From: Felis catus
Lineage: Eukaryota
DNA: 64,000 nt
Direction of reading: 5' to 3'
NCBI RefSeq assembly: GCF_018350175.1
Contig: NC_058368.1
Coordinates: forward strand, 129,334,001 to 129,398,000
In this document: piece by piece, positions 36,099-49,309 of the stretch
How the letters are laid out: every line of letters begins with the position of its first letter
How positions within the stretch are numbered: position 1 is the stretch's first letter
The notes under the pieces: model-generated
What the model saw: only the letters and a program-made list of their open reading frames with translations
What the model was told of the DNA's origin: nothing
The model's database searches: none
Translations under genes and position numbers: made by a program

Positions 36099-36366
36099 TA
36101 GCTCTTAATGTTTGATGATATACTACTTGGTGAAAACTGAATCCAGTCCCCTCGGAACAGCTCTTGAAGACCGCCAGTTACCCCTGACCAAGCTTTCGCT
36201 AGTGCCTTACGGAAAGGTCCTCCTTGCTGCTGTTCTTAGCTCTGGATTTCCTTCCTCGCTGGCTTCAGAAAAAGCAAAACTCCTGTCCTTGGGAAGCGGG
36301 CATGGCAGTGGTGGGGCCAGTGAAAGTGGGAAAGGAGAGGCCTTTTCTCAAGTAAATTCCTGTGGA

Positions 36367-36690
36367 GCACGTGTTGCAAATTCATACGCCCACAGTGCTA
36401 GGCAGGCAAGGGTAGAAGACGCCTGGGGTGGCAGAGATGCTACTGAACTGGGCAGCTCATGCCTGTTATGGGGAGCAGATGCTGCCGCCCAAGATGGCCC
36501 CTCTGGTCCCTGCTGCCAGGTCTTCTAATTTTTGAAGTGAAACTAGAACTCTATTTCTTTACCGTAAACATTTCCACATTTCCTGTTTTTTTTCCTCCGT
36601 TTTTAACGTTGGCAGTGATTTCCAAATATTTGTAAATGCTGTGTAAATACAACATACCGGGGACTCCAAAGGCAGCTAGTTTGATGTGTC
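36367..36690. mobile_element. hAT-Charlie MITE, MER102-like
   Basis: gttgcaaattcatacgcccacagtgctaggcagg...tgctgccaggtcttctaattttt...tttttaacgttggca matches recalled MER102. Confidence 0.6.
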
Positions 36691-39600
36691 TACCATAGAT
36701 GGCAGGAGAAAGCCCAGGCCAGCCTCACATAAGCACCCCTGCCCTCCTAACAAGAGTAATTATATTCGTCCTCTATGCGGTGTCTTATGGTGTACAAAAT
36801 ACTTTCACATTCATATCTCACTTGACAGTGACAGCAGGTAGCCATCTTTTTTTTTTTTTTTTTTTTTTTTTTGAAGAAAACAGGCCCAGGGAGGTTTTGT
36901 GCCTTGTCTGAATCAACACTGTTCTTGGGGAGGTTGGCTTCCTGCTCCTTGGTGCACAGCTCAAAGAGTTTCTGCTTTCTCTGGACAGGGGGACAGGGGG
37001 CCACTTGAGCCCTGAAAATATATTCAACCTAGAATAGTAAAATCAATGCTGGGAAGCTAAGAGGTAGAGAAGAGGAAGGTCAACAGAGTGAGAAGCTGAT
37101 TTGGGGCCTTCTGGAGTTCCCTGTGTCTTACATTCAGTGGTCAAGATGGACAGCCCTGAGTCTTCTCCAGGGAGTTGAGGTGAATGCCCATGTCACCAAG
37201 CTAGGCGAGGGGCTGGGTCCTTGAAAATGCCCCTTCTTCCTGCGTGTGGTCATTGAATCTGAACATCTCTGACCTCAGTTTTGCATTTCTTCAGAGAACC
37301 CGGAGAGAGGGAGGAAAGCAGCGTATGAGGCAGCATATGAAGCCATTCCCTCCCTCAGACAGAGGACATGATTCTACCCCATCTGTAGCCAGGGCAAAGC
37401 TGGCTGGAGGAGGCCTCTGAAATGCACCCATCTGTTATGGCCAACATATCTGGATGGGTAGGAGAGAACAGGCTTCTTTATTCAAACAAAATGCCCAAGA
37501 CAACCCAGAAGACTCTAGATTCTACATTCTTAATGGAACAAGGAGGCCACCAAGGGGCCAGACTCTGACCTCCCACTGTCCACAGCCTTTGGGGAGAGCT
37601 GGTCACCTGGTCACTGCTGCCCTGCAACACAGTGCCCCCTCCGAGGGCAGCCCCTTCCCTGAGCTCTCGTAGGCTCCATTGGACACAGCACTACAAATGA
37701 AAGAGAAAGCAGCACAGAAAATACCATGTATATAAAGATAAAGATTTCAAATTCTCATACCTTACTCTCCCATTCCCAACCAATCGTTCTATCCTCCACC
37801 TTACTTCCCACCCCATCCCGCCTCCTGTATTGCCCAAGCTTCTCTTCCATCTTCTTCCCTCACTGGGGAAGTGACTTGGCTTTAACATATATAGCAAACA
37901 TCTGGAGAAAGTTTTCTGACGGGCTCAGGTCGGCTGGAGCTTAGCACATCTGGCCACCACATACACAGACCTCTTGGAGGCCACCGTGCCGGGGCCCGGG
38001 TCCCATGCTACTTTTTCATTTTTCCCCCAGCCTCCATGATCAAAGCAGATGAGGCAGGGATAAATGGTGACCTGTCCGGCCAGTAGGACTGCAGGAAGAG
38101 AACGTGGACGACACACCGGGCATTTCCACCTCATCCTCTTCATTTAATCTTTGCTGTGGTCTGTCAGACATTGCTGTGCATGGCTCTTGGGGGAGAGGCT
38201 ATGGATACCGTCCATCTTTGCACAGGTTATAAGTGGCCAAGCAAGTTTATGAGCCCCACTTGGTCTGCACCCCAGGGTGTCCTCTTCCCCTGAATTCAGG
38301 CCACCTAGGTAGAAATAAACCCGCCCGTACTTCCCAGGACTCCCTCCACCGAGCACAAGCAAGTCGTAAACTGCCTGACTCTGCAGGGCGTGTCCTCGCC
38401 TGTCTGTGCTAAGGGCGAGCCCTGGAGTAGTGCAGGGCACATCTTGCACGCCCGAGGTGGCCGCCTGCCTCCCACTGCAGGGAAAGTCGGTTTTGGTTAA
38501 ATAAGAGATTCTCTCTTGGAGATGGGCTGAGATAAAGTACTTAATCAACTACCCCAAATTCGGCCCGCTGAGAAATATGACAGTATTTTTAATTTGGTTG
38601 AGGAGAGATTGCTGTTTCCAAGGTTGTTGAGTGCTGTGCCTCCGGGAGTTTAAGGCAGTCAACGGAGAACACCTGCCTGGCAACCGGAAGGAGCCACGCC
38701 TTGCCCTCTGGAGGTTGAACTTGCTGCCCAAGAAGACTTTTTCAACTGGGGGAGAAGGAGTTGTTCCCTCCAGCAAAACAAAACAAAACAATACAAAAGC
38801 ACCAACCAGCCAGGTCTAGAAAGGCCTGGTTCAGTTCCTTTAAGTGCATCTGAAGCCGCAGAGTCCAGTCTCCAGGAGGCAGGAATCTGTTGCCACGTGC
38901 CTGACACACCCCGCAGGCTCGCCTAGGGAAGGAGAGCTGTTAGCCACCCTGCGTGCAGTCCCAGAGGGAACTGCCTAATCAGAAGAGCAGGGCTCTGGCA
39001 TCCAACGCGGGGAAGGGGGGCAGCGGGAACGTGTGAGGAAGGTATCATTTCTGAAAAGAGAGTGTGATGTGCCAGGCAGGGTTTTTAATATTCAGGTTGA
39101 AAAGGGTTTTAGATGTGACTTGGCATCACCAGCAATAATCTACTTTAATTCAATTTGCCATAAAAAGATGCCACTTTTGCTTTTTACATAACACATGAGA
39201 AAATGCAGCATTTGCCTTGCTAAGTACCTTGGCTCTGCTCCTGTGGTAAGAACACACCGCACGGGGAGCCTCCGTGTCAGGCTGCCGTCCGGCTGGGTCC
39301 ACTGTGGCTCTCCCTCACCCTGTGGCTCAGGCCACTATACTTAGTTCTCTTTTCCTTGAGAGATGCTCCTACAGGTCCACCACCTCAGGGGGGAAAATGA
39401 TATCCAAACCATGCTCCTAAATTGTCCCTTGTTTCATTTCACTTTGTCCTGAGGACCGTCAAGCCACCAAGATAAAGAGAGCTCCTGCGACACAGTGAGG
39501 CGGTTATCGTGAACCCAGCCAGTTCTTGTCAACTGTCCGCATTTCCTCTTCTACGCACACAACATTAATCTCTACATAGCTCATGTCCCCACATAATTGA

Positions 39601-40289
39601 CGAGCGCTTTTTCTCAGGATGGTCAATGGGATCAGATAAACAACTGAAACTTGAGCCACTCCATTGCTCTACCCCATGGAGACTAAGAAAAAATTGCACA
39701 TCTAGGAACAATATGCGCAAGGGTGGTCTCCTGGCAATTTGCAGCCAATTACAAGTGTACATTGCTTTGCACAATGGATGTGCTGCTGAAAAGGTTATAT
39801 GCAAATCGAATTTTTGTAAATTGAATTATATTTAACACGCACCAAGGGAACTGGCTATTTTAGGGACACCAAAGTTGAATTCATTTTGTGGAGCAGGGAA
39901 CCCTTTGTAAAGCAAATTACCATCCTCCAATTCGTATATTCTTTGATAAGGTCAGGTTTTATTATTTTGGACCTTTTTGAACTAGAGCATACCTACAGCG
40001 TTAAAATGGTAATAATGAGATATTCAGAGCTGTCGCCAAATTCTAGAAGTAAGAGAAGACGAACTCTGATTCTCCTCCTGAAAGAAAAGATGAACTGGAA
40101 AAAAGAGACTTTCCCATTTTGATTTGCTACGATACCCAGGGAGCTATTGTTAGTATTTTGGTCTCAGCCCAGCTGACTCCCCTAAGTGACAGCTCTCTGT
40201 GCTTCTCTTAGATTAGTTCCTTGTGGACCTTCAGGCTCCTGAGCTGGTAAGTTCCCCAAGTGACAGCCAGCCTCACTGTGGCCTTGTTA

Positions 40290-40560
40290 ACCCTTAGGCC
40301 CTCTTAGCACCGGGCCTGGGGCCTGTCAGCTATTTGAGGGCCCAGAAAATGTCTGAGACCTGGAAGAAGACAAAGGAAAACTGCAAATCAGAATTAATAA
40401 ATGTTTAATTAAAGATCTACAAAATGCAACATTATGTCAACTTCATTAATTGTTAAGGTTGGTATTCATGAAAATTTAATTACCTAAGAATTAGAAAAGA
40501 AGAAACAAAAACTCATTATTCATAGCTGCTATAATGGTCCGTATAAAAAAAGTCCAAGGG
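40290..40560. mobile_element. hAT-Tip100 relic (Zaphod/MER115-like)
   Basis: aactgcaaatcagaattaataaatgtttaattaaagatctacaaaatgcaacattatgtcaac. Confidence 0.6.
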
Positions 40561-40574
40561 AATCTAGAGACAAA

Positions 40575-40977
40575 CTGGATTAGTCGATGGAGGCTGGGTT
40601 ATGCTGTGGTAACCATCCTGAAAGATCAGGGGCTGAACACAGCAGCAGTTTGCTTCCTTCTCTTGCAGTGTGTTGACGTTCTGAGTGACTCTCCACCATG
40701 TGGTGTGATTCATCAACACACATGTGGCCCCCTCAACGCTTGGTGTCCACACCTGTTTCAGCAGAAGAGCGAGAGAAAATCACGCAGGAGATTTTCACTT
40801 CTTCAGCTTGCCAGTGACCCTTTTGGGAAGACCCACGTGGGACTCCCCCCCGCATGTCATTGGTCACAGCTGGTCACGTGTTCCCTAACTGTAAGGGACC
40901 TGGGACGTGTAGTTGGTGTTGTTTTGTTGTTTTGTTTTATTTTTGAATGCTCAGGGAGACCTTATAATGTCTACCAT
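40575..40977 (-). mobile_element. MaLR solo LTR (MLT1I/J-like)
   Basis: attagtcgatggaggctgggttatgctgtggtaac...cattggtcacagctggtcacgtg...aatgtctacca. Confidence 0.65.
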
Positions 40978-42082
40978 GGAAACTATTAAATAATAAGAGT
41001 TCAGCAAGATCAATATACCCAAATCAGTAACATTCTGATAGATCTGTAACAAACAATTAGAAAAAATAATATCTTTAGTGTGCAATACGGGAATATTCAA
41101 ATATCAAACATCTTGGGGCCTCCAAGCATAAGAATGGCCTACCCACATCACAAACTCTTCTGCAGTTGAATTTTCTCTGTTTGATTGTCACCGAGTTATC
41201 AGATACCTCAGGCATGTGAGGGAAAATCATCAGCTTTTCCAGACAGCCCACTTTATCTTGGCTTGTCTTTGGGTAAGGTGCAAGATGGAGCAGTGGGGGC
41301 CTTATGGTGATGGACTTTTTACAGCTGCACATTCATCCCTGTTGGAACAGGTCTGGTGACTGTTGGGTAGGGCCTCTTGATGGTGGTTCACATGAAGGAC
41401 ACAGGCACTCCCTTGAAGGAAGCTACTTTAGGGGAGAGACAGTCAAGGACACCAAACTGATCCAAAGACTAAGTTCTGGGAAGAAGAAGGAAGCGATTTT
41501 GAATTTTCCTGAGCACTGCTCACAGTGACTTTGGTGTCTTACCCGATCTGTCAGAACGATACTGAGTCTTTCCTGCCCCATTCCTTTAATTGACCACTAC
41601 CAGCACGTTAGTCCTCTCTGCTAAGCAGCTTTGTTCGGCTCCGAGAAGAGTTCTGCTACGCTCTCTAACTTCATTATCCTTTTAGGGTTTCTCATGTCCC
41701 CTCACTTGCCCCCTGACTGCTATCAACCAGAATTCTAGTGCAGGTAGCCAAATTGTTCTCTCCTAATAGATTAGAGGTAATCACAGACAGAGGCTTTCTC
41801 TGGAAGACGAGAACCCGGGAAGAAAGAATTCCAGAAAACAGAACATTTCACTTGCCTCCTGATTTTGCCTAGAAATGCCCTGTATGTTGCAACAGCACAT
41901 GAAGAAATGCAGGCTGTGAAGAGATCTACTGCCTCCCCGACTCATGACATAACCTTGTGTCCAACTTAGTGAAGTACCAAGCAACACCCACATGGGAGCT
42001 AAGCAATTTGCCTAATGACGGTAACATGGGAAATACTTTATGAACTCCAGGATATCAGAAACAGTGTCCCACCTCCTGCAGC

Positions 42083-43200
42083 AGTGGTGTAAGGAAGCCA
42101 AAGTCCCATGTGGGCCAAGTGAGTGTGTGTATTGCAGGGAGGTCTTGGGAGTGAGCTTACATTAGAGTTTCCTAGGATGAAATCAGAAAGGTCAACACTC
42201 ATGCGTATTGATAAGGCATAACAATAAAATATTCTGATTGATTTTTTTCATTGGCATGACCTAACTTTAAAACAATGACCACAGAATTAGATAAAATGAT
42301 GAGATTCAAGAACACGTTTTTAAATCTCTTTGACTTGTGGCTCTAACATGAATAATTTGATATGTCTATCTCTATGTATATATAATGACACAGTAAAGAG
42401 AGAAGTTGAATCAATGAAAGTGGTCAAGTAAGATGTAGTGACTGGAGACTCTAAAAGTCAGATATAAGATAATGATATGATGTTGCCATTTGGCAAGGGT
42501 GGACAAAGCAACTATAAATTTGATAGAGACTTTGTGTGGCCCGTCAATGTCATAGACACAAATCTGGTTGGTGTCCTGGCCGATGGCCTCTTTAATCACT
42601 AAGTAACCTAATTCAGTTAAAAATGTAGCCCTAAAAACTGCTTGTGAAATTGTTTGGAACAACATAATTCTTTCCTTAGTGGATATGCATCTCTTAACCC
42701 CAGGAACATTTTCAATTAAATACGTATTTTTAAAGAAAATCAATCTCATAATATTAATATTTGGGTGTTTGTGGGTAATATGTGCATATTTAGTATTTGG
42801 GGAAACTTGTAATGATTAACAGAATTTAGTTTATTAGAATACTAGGACAGGGTTATAATTCCAATTTAACATGAGTGGTTTTGTGATTTTAAGCTAAAAC
42901 TTTTTAGAAAAATGGGTTTGCTGGTTGGACAAAGGGTGTACTTAAAAAGAAAATTGAATATATGAAAAATTTACATACTCTGTTTAAAGTTTCTAAAGGA
43001 TTTTAATAATCTGTAAATCAGACAAAAAATTAAAGGCCCCCTTAAAATCAAGTATTAAAATTTTATTGATTTTGAAATAATATTTGGAAGTTGAACTTAA
43101 AAACCAAATGTATTTGAAAGTATAACCTTAATAAATTAAGTATTCATTTTGGAAACAAAAGTAACCCTCTGAATAATCTTTTCTGAGCATGAAAAGTTGC
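42083..43200 (+). mobile_element. Possible hAT-Tip100-like DNA transposon relic
   Basis: Begins cagtggtgta (TIR-like) and is AT-rich; NGFAGWTKG..KKKIE near 42910 loosely recalls a hAT N-terminal motif. Confidence 0.3.
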
Positions 43201-43220
43201 ATCAAAGATACCAAAAACTA

Positions 43221-43387
43221 GGGGCACTTGAGTGGCTCAGTTGGTTGAGCATCTGACTTCGGCTCAGGTCATGATCTTGTGGTTCATGAGTCTGAGCCCC
43301 TCACTGGGCTCTCTGCTGTCAGTGCAGAGCCCGCTTTAGATTCCCAGTTCCTCTCTCTCTGCCCCTCCCCAACTTGCACGTGTGCAT

Positions 43388-43444
<57 letters not shown>

Positions 43445-43476
43445 AAAAATAGTAATAAAATAAAAATGCTTTTAAA
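43221..43476 (+). mobile_element. Carnivore (feline) SINE with long (CT)n
   Basis: Full body; TSD aaagataccaaaaact / aaagacaccaaaaact. Confidence 0.95.
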
Positions 43477-43529
43477 AAAGACACCAAAAACTTATGTTGA
43501 TCTTTTTTTTTTAACATATCAAAACTTTC

Positions 43530-43700
43530 ACAGCCAGTAATTATCATTCTTTCAAATAGCCACTTTGGAGGCCCCACTTAGGTGATATTCTATCACTCAA
43601 AATTCTTTTCAAACTCACTTTTGAGATTATTTGCAGAACCAGCTTAAATTTTTTCCCCCTTTTTCAAACATATTCAGAGGTTGGAAATTGGATGACAGAA
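43530..43700 (-). mobile_element. Mariner relic (MARNA-like)
   Basis: ttcaaatagccactttggagg...tcactcaaaattcttttcaaactcacttttgagattatttgcagaacc resembles the antisense mariner 3' end. Confidence 0.5.
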
Positions 43701-45309
43701 TTATGTAACACCCAACTTAATATGCCACCAACCCAAGGCATCCGCAATTTAACATAGGTCACCCAAAAGTAAGAGCTCCAGGTGTGGAAGAAGAGCATTT
43801 CTTTTCTTCAGGTACTTTGACACCTTTCTAATCACACCTCTTAGGTAACTGACTGTCCTCTCATCATAAGTAGTAAAGAGAAAGCTTTTCTAGCTAGAAC
43901 TCGACCCAAGCACAAATTAGAACTTCAACTGAAACTAAAATTACCAAAATGTCTTCATTGGAGGGACCTGATCCAGAGCCACTAACAGAAGAGGGGAGGT
44001 GTCTTGGTTAAGTCTGGGGATTTCTCAAGTGTTCTTGACACTCCCCTGGAGTGCTATTCAGAGCCACTGCAAGAATCCAAAGCAGGTGGTACTGCAGAAC
44101 CGGGACGGGCAGAGACAGTAACAAAATGGCCCCAAAGACATCATGACTCAGAGTGCCAATCCACTAGGAGGTAAATGAAGAATACCTTCCGAATGTGCTT
44201 GACTGTACGTCCCCTTCTGTTCAAGGAGCCTAAGACCCAGGAGATTAGAGTAAGATTTGGGGAATGGGAAGAGGAGGCTGATTAGGAGAAAAACATTTGA
44301 AAAGAAAAATGTTTCAGTTTGACTTCGGGTCTTAACCACTTTCACAGAATTTAGGTATGCAGGATCCACTCTTATTGATGTATATATTTTGAAGTGTTCA
44401 GCTTCATACACATTTTGTTTCGTCAAGAGTCTGAACACTTGCAAATCACTAGCTCCATAATTCCTCCCACCTTTATCTAATGTAATTAGTTAAGAAGTGG
44501 GTCATAGAATGGAGATTTATCCATCTTCAATAAATAAAGAAAAGTTTCTGTAAAAATGACATTCACACCCAATTTTCTTTTGATCCCCATTAAATCGATG
44601 ATAGTGAACAAAGTGACTTTTCAGTGTTTGCTCTGAAGTCAATTGCTTTTAATGCCTGTCAGGTAATCCTAAAAACAAATTCCACCAACCTTTGTGGGGA
44701 ATTTCAGACAAAGGCTACAAAGAAGCATTTCCACAAATGAACTGTGTATTTTGTACCCCAACTGTAGGCTACCTTTAGAGCAGGACAGTGCCACATGGCT
44801 TGTGTGCTGTTGATCCACATCCCACACAAGTCTGTGTTGATGCCAGTGACCTGAGGAGACCAGAGAAGCCCTGGGTACGTTTCAGAGTCATTCATTTGTT
44901 CCTTCATTCACTTGTTCATTCACATCAAAACCTTATTAAACACGTAACATGTACGAGACACTATGCTAGGCTCTGGGCATCTTCTATTCACAGATCAGCA
45001 GCATTTTACAATTTGATTTCTTTGTTTAAAGTACCATCAAGGACACAACACCTCTTGAGAGAGACTTTCTACTTAGCATTGGAAATTGGAGTGTGGCTCT
45101 GCAGGCAAAGTAGATTACTAAAGATTAATAAAGATATCAACAGTCTAAGGGGGTTCTAAGTACTCATTTATTCCAGAATGACCCTAGGACCTCAATTTGA
45201 ATATATGGATAATGGGGGAAAATGCCTTCTCTCCCGGGGATAATAATGGCAAATTTCTAGCAAAAACGATGGCTGAATATATGGGGCGGGGAAAACAGTA
45301 TGTGTGTGG

Positions 45310-45520
45310 AAGGAGCTGGAGGGCCCCGAGTTCACAGGCTGGCTCCAACATCTGTGAACCTGGATGTGTGGGGAAACCATTCAGCTCCTCTGTGCCTTAG
45401 TGAGCTCACTCATAAAGCAGGTAACAGTGCCCTCCTCCCAGGTTATTGTGACAAAAACGTACCACGAGAGAAGAGCCCTGCCCTATGTCTAGCATGGTAG
45501 GCACCCAGATAAGCACTGAA
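45310..45520 (+). mobile_element. MIR
   Basis: cctctgtgccttagtgagctc...cctcccaggttattgtga...gcatggtaggcacccagataa. Confidence 0.55.
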
Positions 45521-46443
45521 TGAATGAAGAAATGAATGAATAGAAAGGGAGCTCATGGATAAGCTGGAGAATAGGAATGAGCATCAAGAACTTCAAAGAG
45601 GAAAAAACAGGGTGTCTTTTTTTCCTTTATACTTGCTGTCTTTTCTCTCTGGCTTGGGAGGGTCTGGAGAGCTGTGTGTGGAGAGACCCAATGCTATAAA
45701 GATAGCTTTTCTGAATTCATGGGGGACACACAGGAGGACGAGAATTCAGTGCTTTCCGAAATTGCTCAAGTAGGATAGTCCTGTTTCTACAGAAATTCCA
45801 GAAAGTCAAATATCCTTTATTAAAGATACTTGTATTGAAGCATTTGCCCTACTTTTAGATAGGAAATGATGCTTGTTGTTCACTTGGGCCTCTTCAGAAA
45901 AACAGGCCTCAGCTTTCTTCCAGTAGCCCTAGGAGTTTGTCCAACCATGTTCTTCTCTTAACTCCTCCCCATGGCTTGCTTAGCTTCCCACTCCCGGTGA
46001 GGCTGGGGTGGGAAAGGGGAGCGCCATAAAGTCACATTCTCCATACTCACCCGCACAAAGAGTTTTCAGAGGTCACTGCAACTGTCTTTGAGGTACCTTA
46101 TCCCTGGTCTCCCTAGCCCCCCAGCCCTGGCACACAATGATTTTATTTGCTCTGCTCTGCAGATAGTGTGGGAAGGTGCCATAGAGGATGATTTGTGTAT
46201 CTGCAAAAACTTCAAAAGTTATAGCCCTCTTTAAAATGACTTCAGCCTATCCCCTTAATGTGACAGCTTCAGTTTACTGATCTGGAAAATGGAACACAAT
46301 ACCTTTGACACTGGGTGATGAAACAAGATAATGTCAGAAGATCACCGGTCACCAACCGGGTGCCAAGGAAAAGTTAATTTTGATTCTCAATATATCACAC
46401 AAGGCTCTGATCCTCACTTCATCATGTAGAATGAATTAATGTT

Positions 46444-46569
46444 GGGGCACCTGGGTGGCTCGTATGTGAAGCGTCCAACTCTGGATTTTGGCTCAGGTCA
46501 TGATCTCACAGTTAATGAGTTCGAGCCCCATGGATTCTCTTTCTCTCTCCCCTACAACACACACACACA

Positions 46570-46619
<50 letters not shown>

Positions 46620-46639
46620 ATAAATAAAGTTTAAAAAAA
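46444..46639 (+). mobile_element. Carnivore (feline) SINE with internal deletion
   Basis: tRNA head joined directly to the CT-rich tail; TSD tagaatgaattaatg / taggatgaattaatg. Confidence 0.9.
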
Positions 46640-48299
46640 TAGGATGAATTAATGGCCACTGCTTTTCATCAGCCTAAGGCAAGCTGACAAGAAATGGTGT
46701 CACCAGTGTGTGTGAGACACGAGCATCTGTGGCCTTGGGCATAGCATGTGGGGCTTCTGGGGAACTGTATACCCTGGTCTGGGCCAGGCTGTCCTTTGTG
46801 GGGCTGCCACTGTGGATGGCATCCTAAAGGGGGCATTATTCCTATATTTATCCAGAATATCTGGCTTGAGTCAGCAGGTTAGGCCACGTCCCGCTGCCCT
46901 CTTACCCCTCACTGACAGTGTCCCTTGGGCATGGCACTTCTAGCTGTCTCCTCCTCAAAGCCTTGGTGTGTAATCTTACCATGGTCATCCTTTCCCAGCT
47001 CTTGGCATGTCCCCAGTCTCAGTGACAGGATACACAGAGTCCAGATATACAATGTAAATGCATTTAGAGTCTAGACTTCTTCCAACAACACATGGAAGAG
47101 TTCGAACCAGTGGGGGAAACCCAAGCTTGCAAATCTGTCCTATAGCCCTTAAATTAGGGAGCCAAGACGCAAGAAGCCAGGGTCAAGTTCAAAAGCTTCA
47201 GCCTTGGGCTCCTGGGCCGGGAAGATGCCTGCTAGGATGTGCATACCCCATTCCCCAGTCTGTTTTGTCCTGAGCTGAATTTTACTCCATCACATGGACA
47301 GGTTCTCATTCCCACCACTCCCCCATGCAGATGAGGACTTGGGAGTTATTAAGAAAAGGAGCTCAATTGTCCCCGTTGGCTTATCGTTACTAACCAGGCA
47401 GAGGAAAGTTTCAGCCCACCATTGATTTAGATTAGCCCCTTCGTTTCAATATTATTAATTACCCAAGTTAGCATACAGCATGTCAACATCAAACCCCTAC
47501 TTTTTTTTTTTTTGAATTAACTGTTTCATTTGCAACCCCATGGCTGTACCTGCTTTCTTTCATGTCTCTGGGACCAAAGCAGGAATACCTCACAGATTCG
47601 GTTTTAACTCTGACCAACCAAGTTACTGTACTGGGGACTAACACAGGTGACTCCTTCCGTGGGCGTCCACCAGGTTAATCTTTGGAGGTGACATTTCCAT
47701 AATAACTTAAGGTTTGCCCAAGTTCTCTGTTGCATCCTGTGCAAAGTAAACAGAAGGGTTAATTTAGTTCTCTAATCTCTTGTTATAAGCCTAATTATTT
47801 TACATGTCTTCATTTCATTAATGAATTGCTGCTTTTTACATGCAGCTCCTTCCCCATTGCTTTTGTTTAAACCTCCTGGTGGGAAGGGATAGATTAATTT
47901 TGTTGTGCCTTAATGAAACTGTATGCTACATTAGATTTAACCATTTGGCATGCACTGCCAACATCACCATTATGCATAATGAATTATTTTTTGTGAGTCC
48001 CAAACTACTATAGACTTTCAGTGTTCTCCTTCAGATATTGTGACTGTGCAACGGGCAGGCACAGGACACCAAGCTTGGTCATTGCCCCTCGTGTCTAAGG
48101 AAACTGCCTTGTGGCTTTTTACTTTCTGTCACTTTCATGGAAGTGTCTAGATTTCCCCTTGTCATGAAGAACCCAGATGTCCAGTTGAGGTCCAGTGAGC
48201 ATCTCACATGAAAGCAGCAAGTCAATTTTGAGGTTGTGGGAGCAGAACACCGTGCCAGGCACCTTGAGGCACAATGTTGTTTGGTCCTTGTCTTCAATT

Positions 48300-48695
48300 T
48301 AAAACCATAATCACACATTGTTGCTCCTGTGTCTGCAGGTCATCTGGGCTCTGCCGGTGTAGACTGGGCTCGACTGGTAGCTGTGCTTCAGTTTGCAGCG
48401 GCCAGAGCAGCTCTGTTCCTCTGTCTCCATCCTCCTGGGACCAGCAGACTAGTCAGTGTCTGTTCTTCTTATGCTGATGGCAGAAGTTCAAGAGGGCAGG
48501 TAAGAATGTGCAAGGCCTCTTAAGGCCTAGGCTTGGAACCGACACACTTTTACCCACTTACTGTTTGGTCAAAGCAAGTAACATGGCCAAGTTTAAAGAC
48601 GAGGCCGCGAAGTATTCTCCTTCAAGAGTTAGCTGTGGCAAAACTGGGGTTAAAGGAACTGGCAAATAATTGGAGCCAACAATTAAATTGTTCAT
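48300..48695 (-). mobile_element. MaLR LTR (MLT1H-like)
   Basis: tgcaaggcctcttaaggcctaggcttggaac...ttggtcaaagcaagtaacatggccaag. Confidence 0.7.
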
Positions 48696-49085
48696 ATGTT
48701 TTTAAGGGTTGGCTGGGTTCTGGGATGTGGCCATCCCAGTTTTCAAAGCTGGAGCCATTTAATCCCACAATTAAGGTTGGCCCCAGCCAAGACTCTGGAA
48801 CCAGTTTTGTCTCTAGGCAGGGGATTGAAGGATCTCAAGCCAGTGACTCTCTGGCTCATCACTGAGTTAGGCCTGATCCAAGTTCCATTAAGCCAGAACC
48901 ACGTCCTGTTCCAGGTGCAGTGGGGAATGCATTTCCTGACCCTGAACTTGGGTTTCCCCCATATCTGCTGCTGACCCTACTCTAACACACTGGCCTACCA
49001 GCACGTTCCTAAGTCATTTTCTTGGTTACCTAAGATGCCCTGCTTGCCAACCTTTTCTGAATTGACTTTGTGAATACTTGATCTT

Positions 49086-49309
49086 TTTTTTTTTAATTTT
49101 TTTTTTCAACGTTTATTTATTTTTGGGACAGAGAGAGACAGAGCATGAACGGGGGAGGGGCAGAGAGAGAGGGAGACACAGAATCGGAAACAGGCTCCAG
49201 GCTCCGAGCCATCAGCCCAGAGCCTGACGCGGGGCTCGAACTCACGGACCGCGAGATCGTGACCTGGCTGAAGTCGGACGCTTAACCGACTGCGCCACCC
49301 AGGCGCCCC
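49086..49309 (-). mobile_element. Very young feline SINE
   Basis: CpG-rich body; perfect 15-bp TSD tgaatacttgatctt (49071-49085, 49312-49326). Confidence 0.97.

Noticed and set aside
36112..36528. 138-aa ORF
   Set aside because: The 3' part lies in a MER102-like MITE; no recognisable homology
37540..38470. Partial CTCF-like motifs (ccaccaaggggcc, tgccccctccgagg, cccgaggtggcc)
   Set aside because: Each mismatches core positions; cannot be supported without a PWM scan
39750..39870. Possible Tigger-like MITE fragment
   Set aside because: Only a vague resemblance; termini not identifiable
40212..40246. 35-nt micro-exon candidate (cttag|...CTG|GTAAGT)
   Set aside because: Such site pairs are common by chance; no other support
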